A DNA stretch of 64,000 nucleotides, taken from Leucoraja ocellata. Lineage: Eukaryota. The DNA lies in NCBI GenBank assembly GCA_036785375.1, contig JAWMAR010000166.1, positions 5,146,001 through 5,210,000 of the forward strand, in the 5' to 3' direction. Under the pieces are notes generated by a model. The model ran no database searches. It saw only the letters and a program-made list of their open reading frames with translations, and was not told the DNA's origin. The translations under genes and the position numbers were made by a program. Below are positions 51,346-64,000 of the stretch, one piece after another; position 1 is the first letter of the stretch, and each line of letters starts with the position of its first letter.

Positions 51346-52194
51346 GATTATAATTTGAGACAGCCACTTGACAATGTGTGTGGAGCTTGCATGTAGACCA
51401 GACTGAGTAAAATGGGCAATGTTTCTTCTTTCCCTGAGGGGAGATCAGTTAACCTGGTGGGTCTTTACATCAATCAAGTAGTTTTGCGACCACTAATGCT
51501 GATATTGGCTTTATAATGTTAGCATTCATTAATTCTTTGACTTTAACTTCCCCAGTTGCCATGGTGCTATTCCTACTCGTGGAGCTCTATCCGGGGTCCT
51601 GTGTGTGGATGGGGGTTGCAGACGGAGTGTGGGTTGGAGTGTGGACGAGGGTAATCGGAGCAGGGACACGGACGGTCTCATCAGCACCTCAGACTACTGG
51701 CTATTAGTCCAGAATCAATGAACCAAAGCACATTGTTACGCCAGCTCCCATGTACGATATGCTTGCGATACCATGGCTTATGGGGGTAGCCTTGACTTGC
51801 TGTGGAATGAGAAGATCATGGGGTTGTCCCTCTCTGGACAGCAGAGCACAAGATGATGCTGATTGTCCAAGATGCATATGAAGGTAGTATTGCACATTTA
51901 GATATACAACTAAGTTCTCTTATTCACTGACTACCCATCTGCTAATCCATGTACTCACAAAGTTGTAGTCAGAATATTGGGGTAGGTTTGTGGTTGGAGC
52001 TTGGCTCGGGGGTTTGGGCTGGGTAAGACTAGAGGGTGGACACGGGGTGTGACCAGAGCTGGTGGTCCAGGTGTGTGGCTGGAGCCAGGGTCTGGAGAGT
52101 GGATGTGGTGTGTGGACAGCGCTGTGGTTGCCAGTGTGTGTTGGGTGTGTGCAAAGAGCCATAGTGAGGAACGTGTGTGTGCCTGAGCCAGGCT

Positions 52195-53205
52195 CGTCAA
52201 GAGAGTTTATTGTCATGTGTCCCAGATGGGCCAACAAAATTCTTGCTTGCTGCAGCACAACAGAATATTTAAAAGAAAAATACAGATCAGATCAGATCAG
52301 TGTGACCATATACCATAGACTATATATATACAGACATAAATACACAGATAAAGTGCAATATGCTGTTACAGATCATAGATTGTTTGAAGTTGTGTTTAAT
52401 AGTTTGATGGCTGTGGGGAAGAAGCTGTTCCTGAACCTGGATGTTGGAGATTTCCGGCTCCTGTACCTTCTACCTGATGGCAGCGGGGAGATGAGTGAGT
52501 GGCCAGGATGGTGTGGGTCCTTGATGATGCTGGCAGCCTTTTTGAGGCAGCGACTGTGATAGATGCCCTCGATGGTACGGAGGTCAGAACTAATGAAGGA
52601 CTGGGCAGTGTTTACAACATTTTGCAGCCTTTTCCGCTCCTGGACGCTCAGGTTGCCGAACCAAGCCACGATGCAACCGGTCAGCACGCTCTCTACTGTG
52701 CACCTGTAGAAGTTCGAGAGAGTCCTCCTTGACATACCAACTCTCTGTAATCTTCTCAGTAAGTAGAGGCGCTGATGTGCTTTCTTTATGATTGCATCAG
52801 GTTTCTGGGAACAGGAGAGATCATCGGAACTATGCACGCCCAGGAATTTGATGTTCTTGACCCTTTCCACCATCGACCCGTTGATGTAAACGGGACTGTG
52901 GGTCCCCATCCTACCCCTTCCGAAGTCCTCAATCAGTTCTTTGGATTTGCTGGTGTTGAGGGCCAGGTTATTGTGCTGGCACCATTTGGTCAATCGGTCG
53001 ATCTCACTTCTATACTCTGACATCCCCATCAGTGATACATCCCACAACAGTGGTGTGGTCGGCGAATTTGATGATGCAGTTTGCACTGTATCCGGCTACG
53101 CAGTCATGATTATAGAGTGAGTACAGCAGGGGGCTGAGCACACAGCCTTGAGATGCTCCGTTGCTGATTGTTATCGAGGATGACACATTTCCACCAATAC
53201 GGACT
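52195..53205 (-). mobile_element. Rex1/Babar LINE, 5'-truncated (part of RT, C-terminal domain and 3' UTR), frameshifted
   Basis: GASQGCVLSPLLYSLY..DC...IIKFADHTTVVG (catalytic DD changed to DH), then WCQHNNLALNTSKSKELI.DF, KFLGVH, KAHQRLYLLRRL, FYRCTVESVLTGCIVAWFG, LPSGRRYRS, RFRNSFFPTAIKLLN. Confidence 0.92.
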
Positions 53206-53726
53206 GAATATGAACTAGGTGTGTGTCCAAATACAGGATGCGGAGAGTGGACCAGGGGTGTGTGTGCTCTATCCGGGGTCTTATGTGTGGATGGGGGGGG
53301 GGGGGGGGGGGGGGGGGAGGGGGGGTAGCAGATGGAGTGTGGACGAGGGTGATTGTAGATGGATGGTTTGCTGGGTCTGCAGCCAGGGTCAGGACGGGGA
53401 ATTTCCTCGAATTGAGAAACGTGGGCAATTTTACTTATATCTGAAACTAACAAACTAAAACGTATGTAAAACGTATTATATCCATGAGATCAATGCCTAC
53501 TGTATGTCACTTCAGCTGTAGAATCATTGCCAGTTGTGTTAGTGGTGCCCATGTGTTTTTTTTTCAACTATATTTCTCTCCCCACAAGTTAAGTGTTGTG
53601 TTTATGGCATGGGACGTTTATCCTGTCCACATTCGGGTATAAACAGAAGATCCCATGACACTAGTTCAAAAGAGAATTGGCATGTCATCCCCAGCTCACT
53701 GCAGAATGCACTATGTCCAATGCACA

Positions 53727-54052
53727 CTGGTGCAGTTGTAGAGTTGCTGCCTTATGGCGCCAGAGACCCAGGTTCAATCCTGTCTATGGGTGATGTCTGA
53801 ATGGAGTTTGTATGTTCTCCATTTGGCCGCCCTGGTTTTCTCCAGGTGCTCGAGTTTCCTCCCACATTCCAAAGACGTGCAGGTTTGTAGAGTAATTGAC
53901 CTGTAACATTGTTGCTAATATGTGGGATAGAACTATTGTATGGGTGATTGCTGGTCGACGCAGACTTGGTGGGCTGAAGGGCTTGTCTCCACGCTGTTTT
54001 ACTAAACTAAGCTAAACGAAACAAAATGAAAGTAAGCTGAACTAAACTAAAC
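53727..54052 (+). mobile_element. HE1-like V-SINE
   Basis: gtagagttgctgccttatggcgccagagacccaggttcaatcc..., V-domain and (AAACT)n tail. Confidence 0.85.
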
Positions 54053-54210
54053 AAACGTTTCAGGTCGGGACCCTTCTTCAGACTCGGACTTCTTCAGTCT
54101 GAAGATGGGTCCCGACCCAAAACGTCACCTATCATTTTTCTACTGAGTTACTCCAGCACTTTGTATCTATCTTTAGTATAAACCAGCATTTACAATTCAT
54201 TGTTTCTGCG
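54053..54210. mobile_element. Head-to-head pair of Penelope-derived hammerhead-like cores
   Basis: Minus copy CTGAAGAAGGGTCCCGACCTGAAACGT (about 54057-54081) and plus copy CTGAAGATGGGTCCCGACCCAAAACGTC (from 54099). Confidence 0.7.
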
Positions 54211-55845
54211 CATGCACTAAAAATGGTTGGTGTTGATGTTGTTGGGAGACGATTGAAGAAAGGTTGTTTCTGTGAGGCTCTGCACAGCAATGGCGACTAC
54301 ATAATGGTTTCAGCTGTGGCACAGTTGATGCTAGTGTCAAGTTGGAAGGCAGTGGTTCAAGTCCTGGTCTGGACACTGGAGGGTAAAAATCACACCGATC
54401 CTCTGTGAGCAGTTGTAATAGCGTCCTGTGCTGGAGTAGATGCTCTTTACAGAAGCGATTCTAAACGCAGGTCCCATCTGTTGTCTTAAGTGGGAATCAA
54501 TGGCTATTTTGTGGGAGAGTTAACCCTTAAATATTTAAACCTCCACCGACAACTGACACCGTAGGTCAATGTCATTGTGCTGTTTGTGGGAGTATGCTAT
54601 GCCACATTTCAAGGTACCACATTTCAAAGAGCAATCCATTAACTGAGAAGATCTCAAGTTATAATGGTTGAGAGAATTGAAAATCTTCCCTTTGTCTTTT
54701 AACATAGGAACATTTAAACAGAAAACCAGCTGTAGTAGACAGTTTGAAACTCAAAGCTGCTGATTTAACACAAGCTTCACTGAAAGGTATTGGGGATAAC
54801 TTTCTGAGAACTGGAGCAAAAAGCAGACTGCAGGAGGATCTCAGAAGGCAGGTAGCATCTGTGGAGGGAAATGGACTGACGAGGTTTCGGGTCAGGCTGA
54901 GTTCAGACTTCAGACTGAGTTTGGCCAGCGCATTACATTTTGGTCAAGATTCCAGCATCTTGAGTCTCAATTTCTGTGAACTGGCTATGTAAAAGCATAG
55001 TTGGCTGGCTATGCTTACCGTACAGTCCGTAATAATTTTTACCCGAATCTTAGGGAAAGTCTCCATAATTTCCCAATAGGTGTGGCTTGGGTAGCGGAAC
55101 TGATAATGACTCTCCACGTGCAGTTTCAAAAGTGAGATTGACGATGTTTCAATGGAACAGAAAGCTCACCTTTTATTATAAGGGGTGGCAGAAGCTTGAA
55201 GCAACACAAACATTTGTACGTTGCATTGGTTGGAGGTTGCATTGGTTGAAGGCTTTCATGCAATCTTCAATGACAGAACAAAGGATGAATGATTTTTTGG
55301 GAAGAGGTGAGATAGAGATTGGGGTGGCTGGGTGGTGATTTAACCCCATGTCACTGACAAATTTCCAAAACCTCACCATGTGGAGTTTGAAATTTGCGGA
55401 ATTCCAATCCAAATCTGTACACCACAGTATGGGGATCTTCCATTGTTGTCAGGAGACGTTTTTCCAGGAAGACCCATGATATCTACAGCTGCTTCACTGC
55501 GGCAAATTAAAGACCTCTGCAAAAGGGGCCACACTTTAATACAGTAGGTAGAACTTGAAAGTTAAACATTGAAGCTGTGCAAGAATGTTTCACGACCAAA
55601 GGAATTTCTCTGAGGTACTGGTGTTGGAAGCTTGACTGCCATTTTGCGCAGAGCAAGCTCTCATGAGTAACATGGTGATGAGCACCTAATCATTATTTAG
55701 TGATACAGACTGAGTAGTGGCCATCAGCTAAAGATTCAAAATAATATAACTAATCTTCATCAGAATGGATAAGAAGGAGGCATACCTTGAGGAGATTTCG
55801 CAGTGGAGTAGACAAAATATTTAAGGAGGCATATCTTGAGGGTTC

Positions 55846-55941
55846 CTTGAAGAAGGGTCTCGACCCGAAATGTTGCCTATTTCCTTTGCTCCATAGATGC
55901 TGCCTCACCTGCTGAGTTTCTCCAGCATTTTTGTCTACCTT
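55846..55941 (+). mobile_element. Penelope-derived terminal repeat
   Basis: TTGAAGAAGGGTCTCGACCCGAAATGTT...ctccagcatttttgtctacctt, the reverse complement of the repeats at 66-148, 8862-8955 and 27486-27576. Confidence 0.8.
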
Positions 55942-56019
55942 CATCAGAATGGAACCATTTTATCATTTGCATTGATCAAAGCTTAACATCTCCCCTAAAA
56001 CATGGCACCTCTATGTGAT

Positions 56020-56325
56020 GTTTAGTTTAGTTTAGAGATATAGCGCGGAAACTGGCCCTTCGGCCCACTGAGTCCGAGCCGACCAGCAATCCCCGTACGC
56101 CAACACGGTTCTACACACTAGGGTCAATTTACAATTTTTATTGGTCAATTAACCCAAAAACTTGTACGTCTTTGGAATGTGGGAGGAAACTGGAGCACTC
56201 GGAGAAAACACATGCGGTCACTGGGAGAACATACAAACTCCATACAGATAGCACATGTAGGCAGGATGGAACCTAGGTCTCCGGTGCTGTAAGGCAGCAA
56301 CTCTACTGCTACGCCACCGTGCCGA
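56020..56325 (-). mobile_element. HE1-like V-SINE
   Basis: tttagtttagtttagagata...gtaaggcagcaactctactgctacgccaccgtgcc. Confidence 0.88.
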
Positions 56326-57886
56326 CCTGAAAGGTTATTCTCAGAGATGACAAGGTTACAAGATGCCAAACTGAAGTTATTCAATTAGCTTTGGATTCTG
56401 GAGAAATAACAACAAAAACAACAATTCTGCCTGGGGATATTACATCGAATGGAAGAAAAACATTCTTTCCAGTCTGGATGGTATGAGATGGCTCCTTGCA
56501 GCACGGTGTCCCAAGTTGTTTAGTGATGCATCATTGGATATGTTAATGTTCTCCTCAGGCTTTGTTCAGTCTGTGAGAGGTCAAGAGACTGGATCTTAAG
56601 TGTCATTAGCTCTTAGAAAGCCACCGTCACATTCAGTGCATTGGGAATCAGTGAGACAAAATTGGCTTGTGTTTGCATTCTGCTCTCATCCTAAGTACTT
56701 TATATCCCTGTGATTTCTGCTGTAATGGAGCAAATTATCATGTGGCAAGCTCCCACAAAGAGCACCATGATAATGACCAGATAACCCATTGTTAAGTGCT
56801 ACTCAATGAGACTTAACCATTTTTGCAAATCGCAATACAGACTCCCTTGCTCTTCATTTAAAACAGTGGGCATGGGGCCTTTTGTCATCCACCTTAGAGA
56901 CTAGATGAGGCCTCATACAAATGACAGCAGCTATGGCAGTGCAGCATTCCCTCACCAGGGGCGGCAGTTTTGATCTTTAATGCACAAACCACCAGAACAG
57001 GACAGGAACCTGCATCTGTCTAACTACGGAACATGGAAAGCCATCCACTGAACCACAATTGATGCTGAGATAAGGGCTGCAGAATGGGAATGGGGAGGGT
57101 GGTGGGAAGGGTTGATGTGGATGGGAAATGTGTATTTTTTAATGGCAACATATACTGTAGGTTTCTCTTGTCCAATGGAACTCCTTCCAAAATGCCACGA
57201 ACAAATGGGACTCCAGATGTTTGTGTCCTAATTGGCAAAGGCACCCATCACCCTGGACTGGCTCCTGTTTCAGCCACACCACGATTTTTAAATTCTTGTC
57301 CATTTTTACAAGTCATAGAAAGGCTTTGCTTTGACATGAATTAATTCTCCATGAGTCCTGCCACCCAAAATATCTCCACTCCTCCAATTCTGCTCTTGAT
57401 TATCCTTGAGTTTAATGGGTCCGCCATGGGCTGTCATTCATTCAGCCACCAAGGTCCTAAACATTGGAGTTTCACCCCTCAATATCATTTAACCTCTCAC
57501 TTCCCCTTGCAGGTGGGCCTTGAAACCTACCTCTTTGACCAGGACTTCAATCAATTGTGCTACCAATTCCCTGTGTAGCTTAGTGTCAGTTTCCTTTATA
57601 GTTGGTGCTCAATTTTAGTTTTGTGGAAGATGCCAATATAAACATCTGGGAGGAGGCCAACCTGTTAAACTCAAAATTATCCTGCAGAAAATGAAGTCGA
57701 ACAAAATACATTTTTATCACAGCTTCTTGGAATGTTACAGATTGAAAGAAGGCCACTCAACCATCATGGCTTTGCATTTCCACCCTTCTTCTCTCCTTAT
57801 CGTAAACTCCTTGTCTCTATTTTATCTCTAGCTTTTGCCCAGCTAGCGGCCAATAAAAAAAACATCACCTGTATCCACCTATTACT

Positions 57887-58090
57887 AAAGATAGACACAA
57901 AATGCTGGAGTAACTCAGTGGCCTAGGCAGCATCTCTGGAGAAAAGGAATAGGTGGCATTTTGGGTCGGAACCCTCTTCAGACCCAAAACGTCACCCATT
58001 CCTTCTCTCCAGGGATGCTGTCTGTTCCGCTGAGTTACTCCAGCTTTTTGTGTCTATCTTCGGTTTGAACCAGCATCTGCAGTTCCTTCT
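57887..58090. mobile_element. Palindromic Penelope-derived mini-element with 13-bp TSD
   Basis: Arms AAGATAGACACAAAATGCTGGAGTAACTCAG and CTGAGTTACTCCAGCTTTTTGTGTCTATCTT. TCCACCTATTACT occurs at 57874-57886 and 58091-58103. Confidence 0.85.
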
Positions 58091-60540
58091 TCCACCTATT
58101 ACTTGCCAGACTTTGTCTCATCCCTACCTCTTTTCCAGCCCCCACCCACCCCAACCCCACCATTACAATCCGTTTGAAGAAAGGTTTCCACCTGAAAAAT
58201 CACCTATCCATGTCCTCCAGAGATGCTGTCTGACACACTTAGTTACTGCAGGCACTTTGTGTTTTATATCTGCGCAGGCTGCATGAAAGAGAGACCCATA
58301 CCTGAACAACTCCGTAGAAACTCCTGTGGAATGAATTTTCCTCTTGAAGGATGTCCCTAAATCCTCATTTACTAATTATTTTTGAACCTGCCTCAGTCAA
58401 CCTTTCAGACAACACAAAGCAGATGACACCAGCCCATTGAATAAACACATTTCCTCACTTCATCTTTGCCTCTTTTACCGATTATGTCACTTTTATATAG
58501 CATGTCACCAAACTCCATTCTCTGCTATTTTTGAGGACTGCAGGCTCTTAAAATGATTTCCCTTTTGTCTAGCTGCCATTCAGTTGTGTCTTATTTTCTT
58601 TGAAGAAATAAGCCTGGAATGGAATGCAAGGAAATATTTCCCACCCCACCCCCACAATTATGCATTTCCTTTCCCATACTTTGAAGCACTTACTCAGTTC
58701 CCTGCACTTAATCCAAATGTCACTTGGGTATGTAGAGCATGTCTCATTCATGAATAAATGGCTAGAGTGGGACACCAAGTGGCAATAACAAGGTGTGCAG
58801 ATAGACGCATCAAATACTCAACATCACTTCTCCAATATCTTTCATAATATCCCAACAAATAGCCAATTAAGTATATTTGAAGTAAGGGGGGAGGGGGGAG
58901 GGTTAAGGGAGAGAGGTGGTATGACAGCACCCTCCACTTCTCACTTAGAGGTCACTCTGATCCTTTTAACTGTTTTCCAAATGGCAAGGAATTGTGGCAT
59001 AGCGAAGTCAGTTAGCTGAAGTCAGTATGTGAATTTCTTGTGCACAGGCATCAGTGTCATAAACTTGAATGTTGGCCATTGTCTCAGGAATGAGGAATTG
59101 CCTGGAATAGAAGGGGGGAGAGGTGGTGCTTCAGCTGGCCAGTGCCTTGGTCTGTCCAGTGCACCACTTGTTGTATTACTGTACTGCCTTCATTGCTGGA
59201 CACTGTTGGGAGGACATGATGGCCTTGAAAAGACTGCAAGGCAAATGTTCCAGGCAAGATGCAGGCATCATTGGAGAGGCTGTCATCTATTATCATGTGT
59301 CCCAAAACCGATGGGCTTGCCAGCTCGTTTTAAAGAGCAGCTAAAAGTCAGCTAATATATATAGGTCAAAATGTTGTTGGTACTTTTTCCATTTATTGAT
59401 AGCAGTAGTAATAAACATCTTATTTTTTGACCTCATATGAAAACCTGTGGGTTTTATTAATGTTTACCTTGCTGTTATGTTTTTAGAGCATGGGGGCACA
59501 GGCTCTAAAAACATCCAGACTCCTGACACGATGCGGGGGCCCCTCCTGCTCTTCCCCTGCCACTGATTCTGTTGTTCCTTGCCTCTGATTTAATTAGCCA
59601 CCTCTAACCCAAACACCACCCTCATCCCACCCCCCATTTCTCCCAGTCCCCCCACCTGAGCACACCTCCCATTACCCTATTCTGACACAACATTTAGTCC
59701 CAGTCTCTGCCTCTGCACCTGATACTTTGGTAAAATGTTCCTGACATATTGAAGGCAATTTCTACTGCCGACAGCACTTCACTTTCTCTTGAACAAGTCC
59801 TTCTGGCCTTGTGCCCTTTCTCATTTCACTATTTTCATTTCTGATTGCTGATATGACATAAGTGTCTCCACTCCTCACACCCACTCCAACCTCACACCTC
59901 TGAACACACAGCTCTTCCTTCATTCCATTCCAAACTCACTTCATCATCACAGACAAGGGCACTGATCTAGCAGACTGACAACCTTGCTGAGTAGGCAACA
60001 ATTCTTGGACACCTCTTCATATATCCCCCCTGGACCATGAGCTCTTTATACCTCTCCCTGGACCAAGACCCCACCAATGAACACCAGTCCACCTTCTCCC
60101 AAACCATCATAGATTTCATCTGATCAGGCAATCTTCCACAGCTGCCAAGCCCAAACCATTAATTTCTATCTCCTCTCCATAAACAGTAGGTGCTTAGCCA
60201 GATCATTTTACTCACTGATGTAGACGGCAGGATTATTTTGTTTTTCACCTGGATACAGGTTAGAACTCAACTGCTCTCATTAGAAACACCACAATATATT
60301 TTTTGATTTCACCTGCATGACTTGATATTAGATTTTAATAGGATCTAAGGGAGAAATACTTCACACAGAGTGGTTCGAATCAAGGAATGTGCTGCCCAGG
60401 CACGTGCCATGAGTAATTACTCAGGGTAGGCAGTCAGTCAGCTTTAAAAAAATCTTAAACCGTGCATGCGCAGATTGTTCTCTCCGTAAGCTGTCAGTCG
60501 ACTTTTATAAAGTCTTCAAAAGCCAAACCGGATTTTAAAG

Positions 60541-60620
60541 TACCGTATTTCCCGGCAATGAAAACGCACCCCCATTTTGAGTTGCTAAATTTTGAAAGAA
60601 GGCTTGTGGGACATAAAAGT
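60541..60620 (+). mobile_element. Possible pogo/Tc2-type DNA transposon terminus
   Basis: TA|CCGTATTTCCCGGCAATGAAAACGCAC resembles pogo-like TIR starts. No partner TIR was found. Confidence 0.35.
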
Positions 60621-62638
60621 GCTCTAGAATAAACTTATTTCACAAATTTCTGACCTACAGAGGTTGTGCTACCACTGGGTTAATACTGGTTTAAATATTG
60701 CTGTGTGATTTTGTTTCCTCTTTATTTTACTTTCACATACAGAATAGAGACTTTCACTAGGTATTTCTTTCACTAGAGACTTTCACTAGGCTGTGTCATA
60801 TTGAACCAACAAGCCCTGTCATTGTTGAAGGCAATGGTGTTTTCCCAAGAGTGGTCCACTGTCAAATCTCTTTGATCCTCTCATTGAATCTGTTTTCATA
60901 CCTGTCTTGCAGTTGCAAATTACCTAGGATTGTCCTAAAGTCTCCAGAACATAAATGGGAAGAAATTTATTCGAATCAATAATATTGATTTTCTGCCATT
61001 TGGTTGTAATTACTTAATTGAACCAATTGTACAAACGGTTCAATTTTACACAGCCTTGCCATGACTGGTGGTGATATTCCCAACTATATTTAGCAATTGT
61101 GACGCATGTACTTTTCTCCTTCAAAGATTAATCTTCAGGGTACAGGCGGGAGCAACATTGGAAAAATATGTATTTGATCATCTTTATTGAAAGGAGTAAA
61201 ACAAAAACTTGTGGGCTACTGGAAGTTCAAGGTTAGGTCACATTGCCAAGTTCCACCAAAACTGGCAACTGTACCAGCGAGGACCATGGGTGCAAACATC
61301 CTGATTAATTTTTGCTAATTAATACAAAGAATCTTTCATAGAATCTCTAGTTTATTTCATGGAATCCTGAGCTTACCATCTAGACCCATGGGACAATAAT
61401 TGATCCATGTGCGTAAACACAAAGCCAGTGGGAACATAGTGGGCATCTGGACAACTGGGGATTTGTGTTCAAATAGTTCCAACTTTGGATAGGGAAATAA
61501 ATTTGATTATTACCTTATGGGATACCTTACGGTATACAATTAAAGAACAGCAGACAATCTGCTGAATGAACTCCAAGCAAAGATCTGCTACTTCTGGCTG
61601 GTCATTTGGAGATAACTGGCACCTACAGACAGGGTTCCTGCAAATTAATGTCTTTGGGAAATGAAAGAAAAAGAAATGGCCAAATATATTCCACTAGGCT
61701 GATTCCATTACAGCTGTTTACTTCTAGGCCAGGTATTTGGCTCCACTATAATGTTCTGAACTGTCAGAAGCTTCCATTTTAGGTCAAGTTGATTTATGGA
61801 TTACCCATCAACACAAAAAAGAAAATGTGATTGGGGGGACATTTCAGTATTGAATGCTGCACGACGGGGGTTTGGGAAAGGGCCAACGTCCTAAGTGAGT
61901 GTCCATCAGATCTTCATTGCTCTATTTAAGGGCTTTCATGTTGTACTGGCTTCATTCCTCAAGGCTCATGGGCATTGATTCTCACATTTAAAATTAACAA
62001 TTGACTCAGTGCCATCTACCAGAAAGGTGCTTCCAACTTCTACCACCACCTGAGTACAGCAGTGGTTCCTAATCTCAATCCTGAAAGCCATAACCTCCGA
62101 ACTCTACTCCCTGGCCATGAACCCTCCTATTAGCAGAAATAGCTTCTCTCCCTCCAATCTCGAGTCTCCTAAATTTGTGCAAATCTTTAATCAAATGTAT
62201 CCTTGAATTGTCATACATATGCAATCTCCTTGCAATATACCCTTGGAGTACAAATATCATTCTGGTGAATTTATCCAGCACATCCTTGGATGTGTGCTCA
62301 GAACCGCTCACAGTGCTCCAGGTGTGATCTAACCAGGGTTTCTATGCCTTCTTTGCAACTTCTATCCCTTGTTGTCCAGTCCGCCAATATAAAGGCCTAT
62401 TGTCCAGTGGACTATTAGCTGTACTTTTGATATTTTATAATGTTTATATTTCCATAATATTTTAATGATCTGTGTGCATAGTCTCCCAGTTCTTTTTGCT
62501 TCCAGTTTTTCACCAGACAGAAAGATCTTGGGTCTACCTTTCACAAGCCCATGTATATAACCTGATATAAATTTGGTTTTCAGCAACCTTCCAAGAGCTG
62601 TGGGTAATCAATGACTTTCTCCTTGAATTGTCATTGAA

Positions 62639-63300
62639 AGTAGGTGCAGGTGCAGCAGGCAGTGAAGAAAGCAAATGGTATGTTATCATTCATAGCAAAA
62701 GGATTTGAGTATAAGAGCAGGGGGGTTCTACTGCAGTTGTACAGGGTCTTGGTGAGACCACACCTGGAGTATTGCGTATAGTTTTGGTCTCCTAATCTGA
62801 TGAAAGACATTGTTGCCATAGAGGGAGTACAGAGAAGGTTCACCAGACTGATTCTTGGGATGTCAGGACTTTCATATGAAGAAAGACTGGATAGACTCGG
62901 CATGTACTCGCTAGAATTTAGAAGATTGACGAGGGATCTTGTAGTAACTTACAAAATTCTTAAGGGGTTGGACAGGCTAGATACAGGAAGATTATTGTTG
63001 GGGAAGTCAAGAACAAGGGGTCACAGGTTAAGGATAAGGGGGAAGTCATTTAGGACCGAGATGCGAAAAACATTTTTCACACAGAGAGTGGTGAATCTGT
63101 GGAATTCTCTGCCACAGAAGGTAGTTAAGGCCAGTTGATTGGCTATATTTAAGAGAGATGTGGCCCTTGTGGCTAAAGGGATCAGGGGGTATGGAGAGAA
63201 GGCTGATTTGGATGATCAGCCATGATCATATTGAATGGCGGTGCAGGCTCGAAGGGCCGAATGGCCTACTCCTGCACCTATTTTCTATGTTTCTATGTTT
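62639..63300 (+). mobile_element. Young CR1/HER1 LINE 3' fragment
   Basis: KDIVAIEGVQRRFTRLILGMSGLSYEERLDRLGMYSLEFRRL..., near-identical to 28021-28648, with a (TTTCTATG)n tail. Confidence 0.92.
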
Positions 63301-64000
63301 CTCCTTTTGAAGATGTCTCTCAGTCAGTTTGATGATAGTCAGTGGTTTCCAAGTTATTTGGGGCCTGCTTGGGTTTAATGCAGCAGTAATTATGAGATTG
63401 GTAATATCAAAACGGTAATACAGCAAGCTCCAATTAACGCAGGTCCTTCTGTAATGTAAAAGGACCAAGTAAAAATGCTACTGGAGGGAACTTTGTCACA
63501 GTGATATCTCTTTGAAGTATCTCTTCTTTATCAAACACAGTTTATCATCCTGTGGCTGGCATATATAGAAGTGTTCCAGCCTAGGAGACAGATAGTTCAA
63601 GGGGACACAGTTGGGGGGGATTCATTCTGCAAATTAGAGTGTGCCAAGTGGAGGGAGTCTATATGAACGTAATTAGTTGTTTAAACGAAAGGAAAAAAAA
63701 ATTAGGAATGGTGAGCATCCCATTGTAATGCATGATGTCTACAAATAGATCGGGAGGTTTCAAGACCCCTGTGCTTCTCACCTTAAGAATGGGGTATCAT
63801 CTGACATTGGTGTGATATCTTGCAAAAAAAGTCAAAGTCAGGTATATTCCCTCTGTCAAGTGCTAACCACAATGATTTTGTTTATCTGGAATGGCCACAA
63901 TCAGACTTATTAATAATCAAATTTGGAATTGAAACGTTACACAAATTATCTTCTTTTGGCCAATCTCCCAGGCTTGAAGATAACATGCTCCCACTCTATG

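Overview
Repeat-rich vertebrate genomic DNA. The repeat families present (HE1/V-SINE, HER1/CR1 LINE, Rex-Babar LINE, Penelope-derived elements, SacSINE1-like DeuSINE) suggest a cartilaginous fish, probably a skate or ray; this is inference. The one host gene is paralemmin-2 (PALM2, PALM2-AKAP2 locus) on the minus strand. Four coding exons were placed by splice signal and phase: 44737-44623 (115 nt), a 22-nt microexon at 38366-38345, 29963-29862 (102 nt) and the terminal exon 23548-22803, which ends in the lipidation motif KKKRCKCCTVM. A 3' UTR of about 4 kb probably follows. Upstream PALM2 exons and AKAP2 exons were not found in the window. Nearly all other ORF-track entries are transposon debris or chance ORFs. 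The most notable non-gene signals are: (1) more than 10 Penelope-derived terminal repeats, the best-preserved with a hammerhead-ribozyme-like core, several arranged as short palindromic insertions and one flanked by a 13-bp target-site duplication; (2) a co-varying stem-loop shared by two unclassified retroelement tails; (3) a candidate alternative first exon; (4) several local duplications. A 146-N assembly gap lies at 36702-36847. Repeat family names come from recalled consensus sequences, not from a database search.
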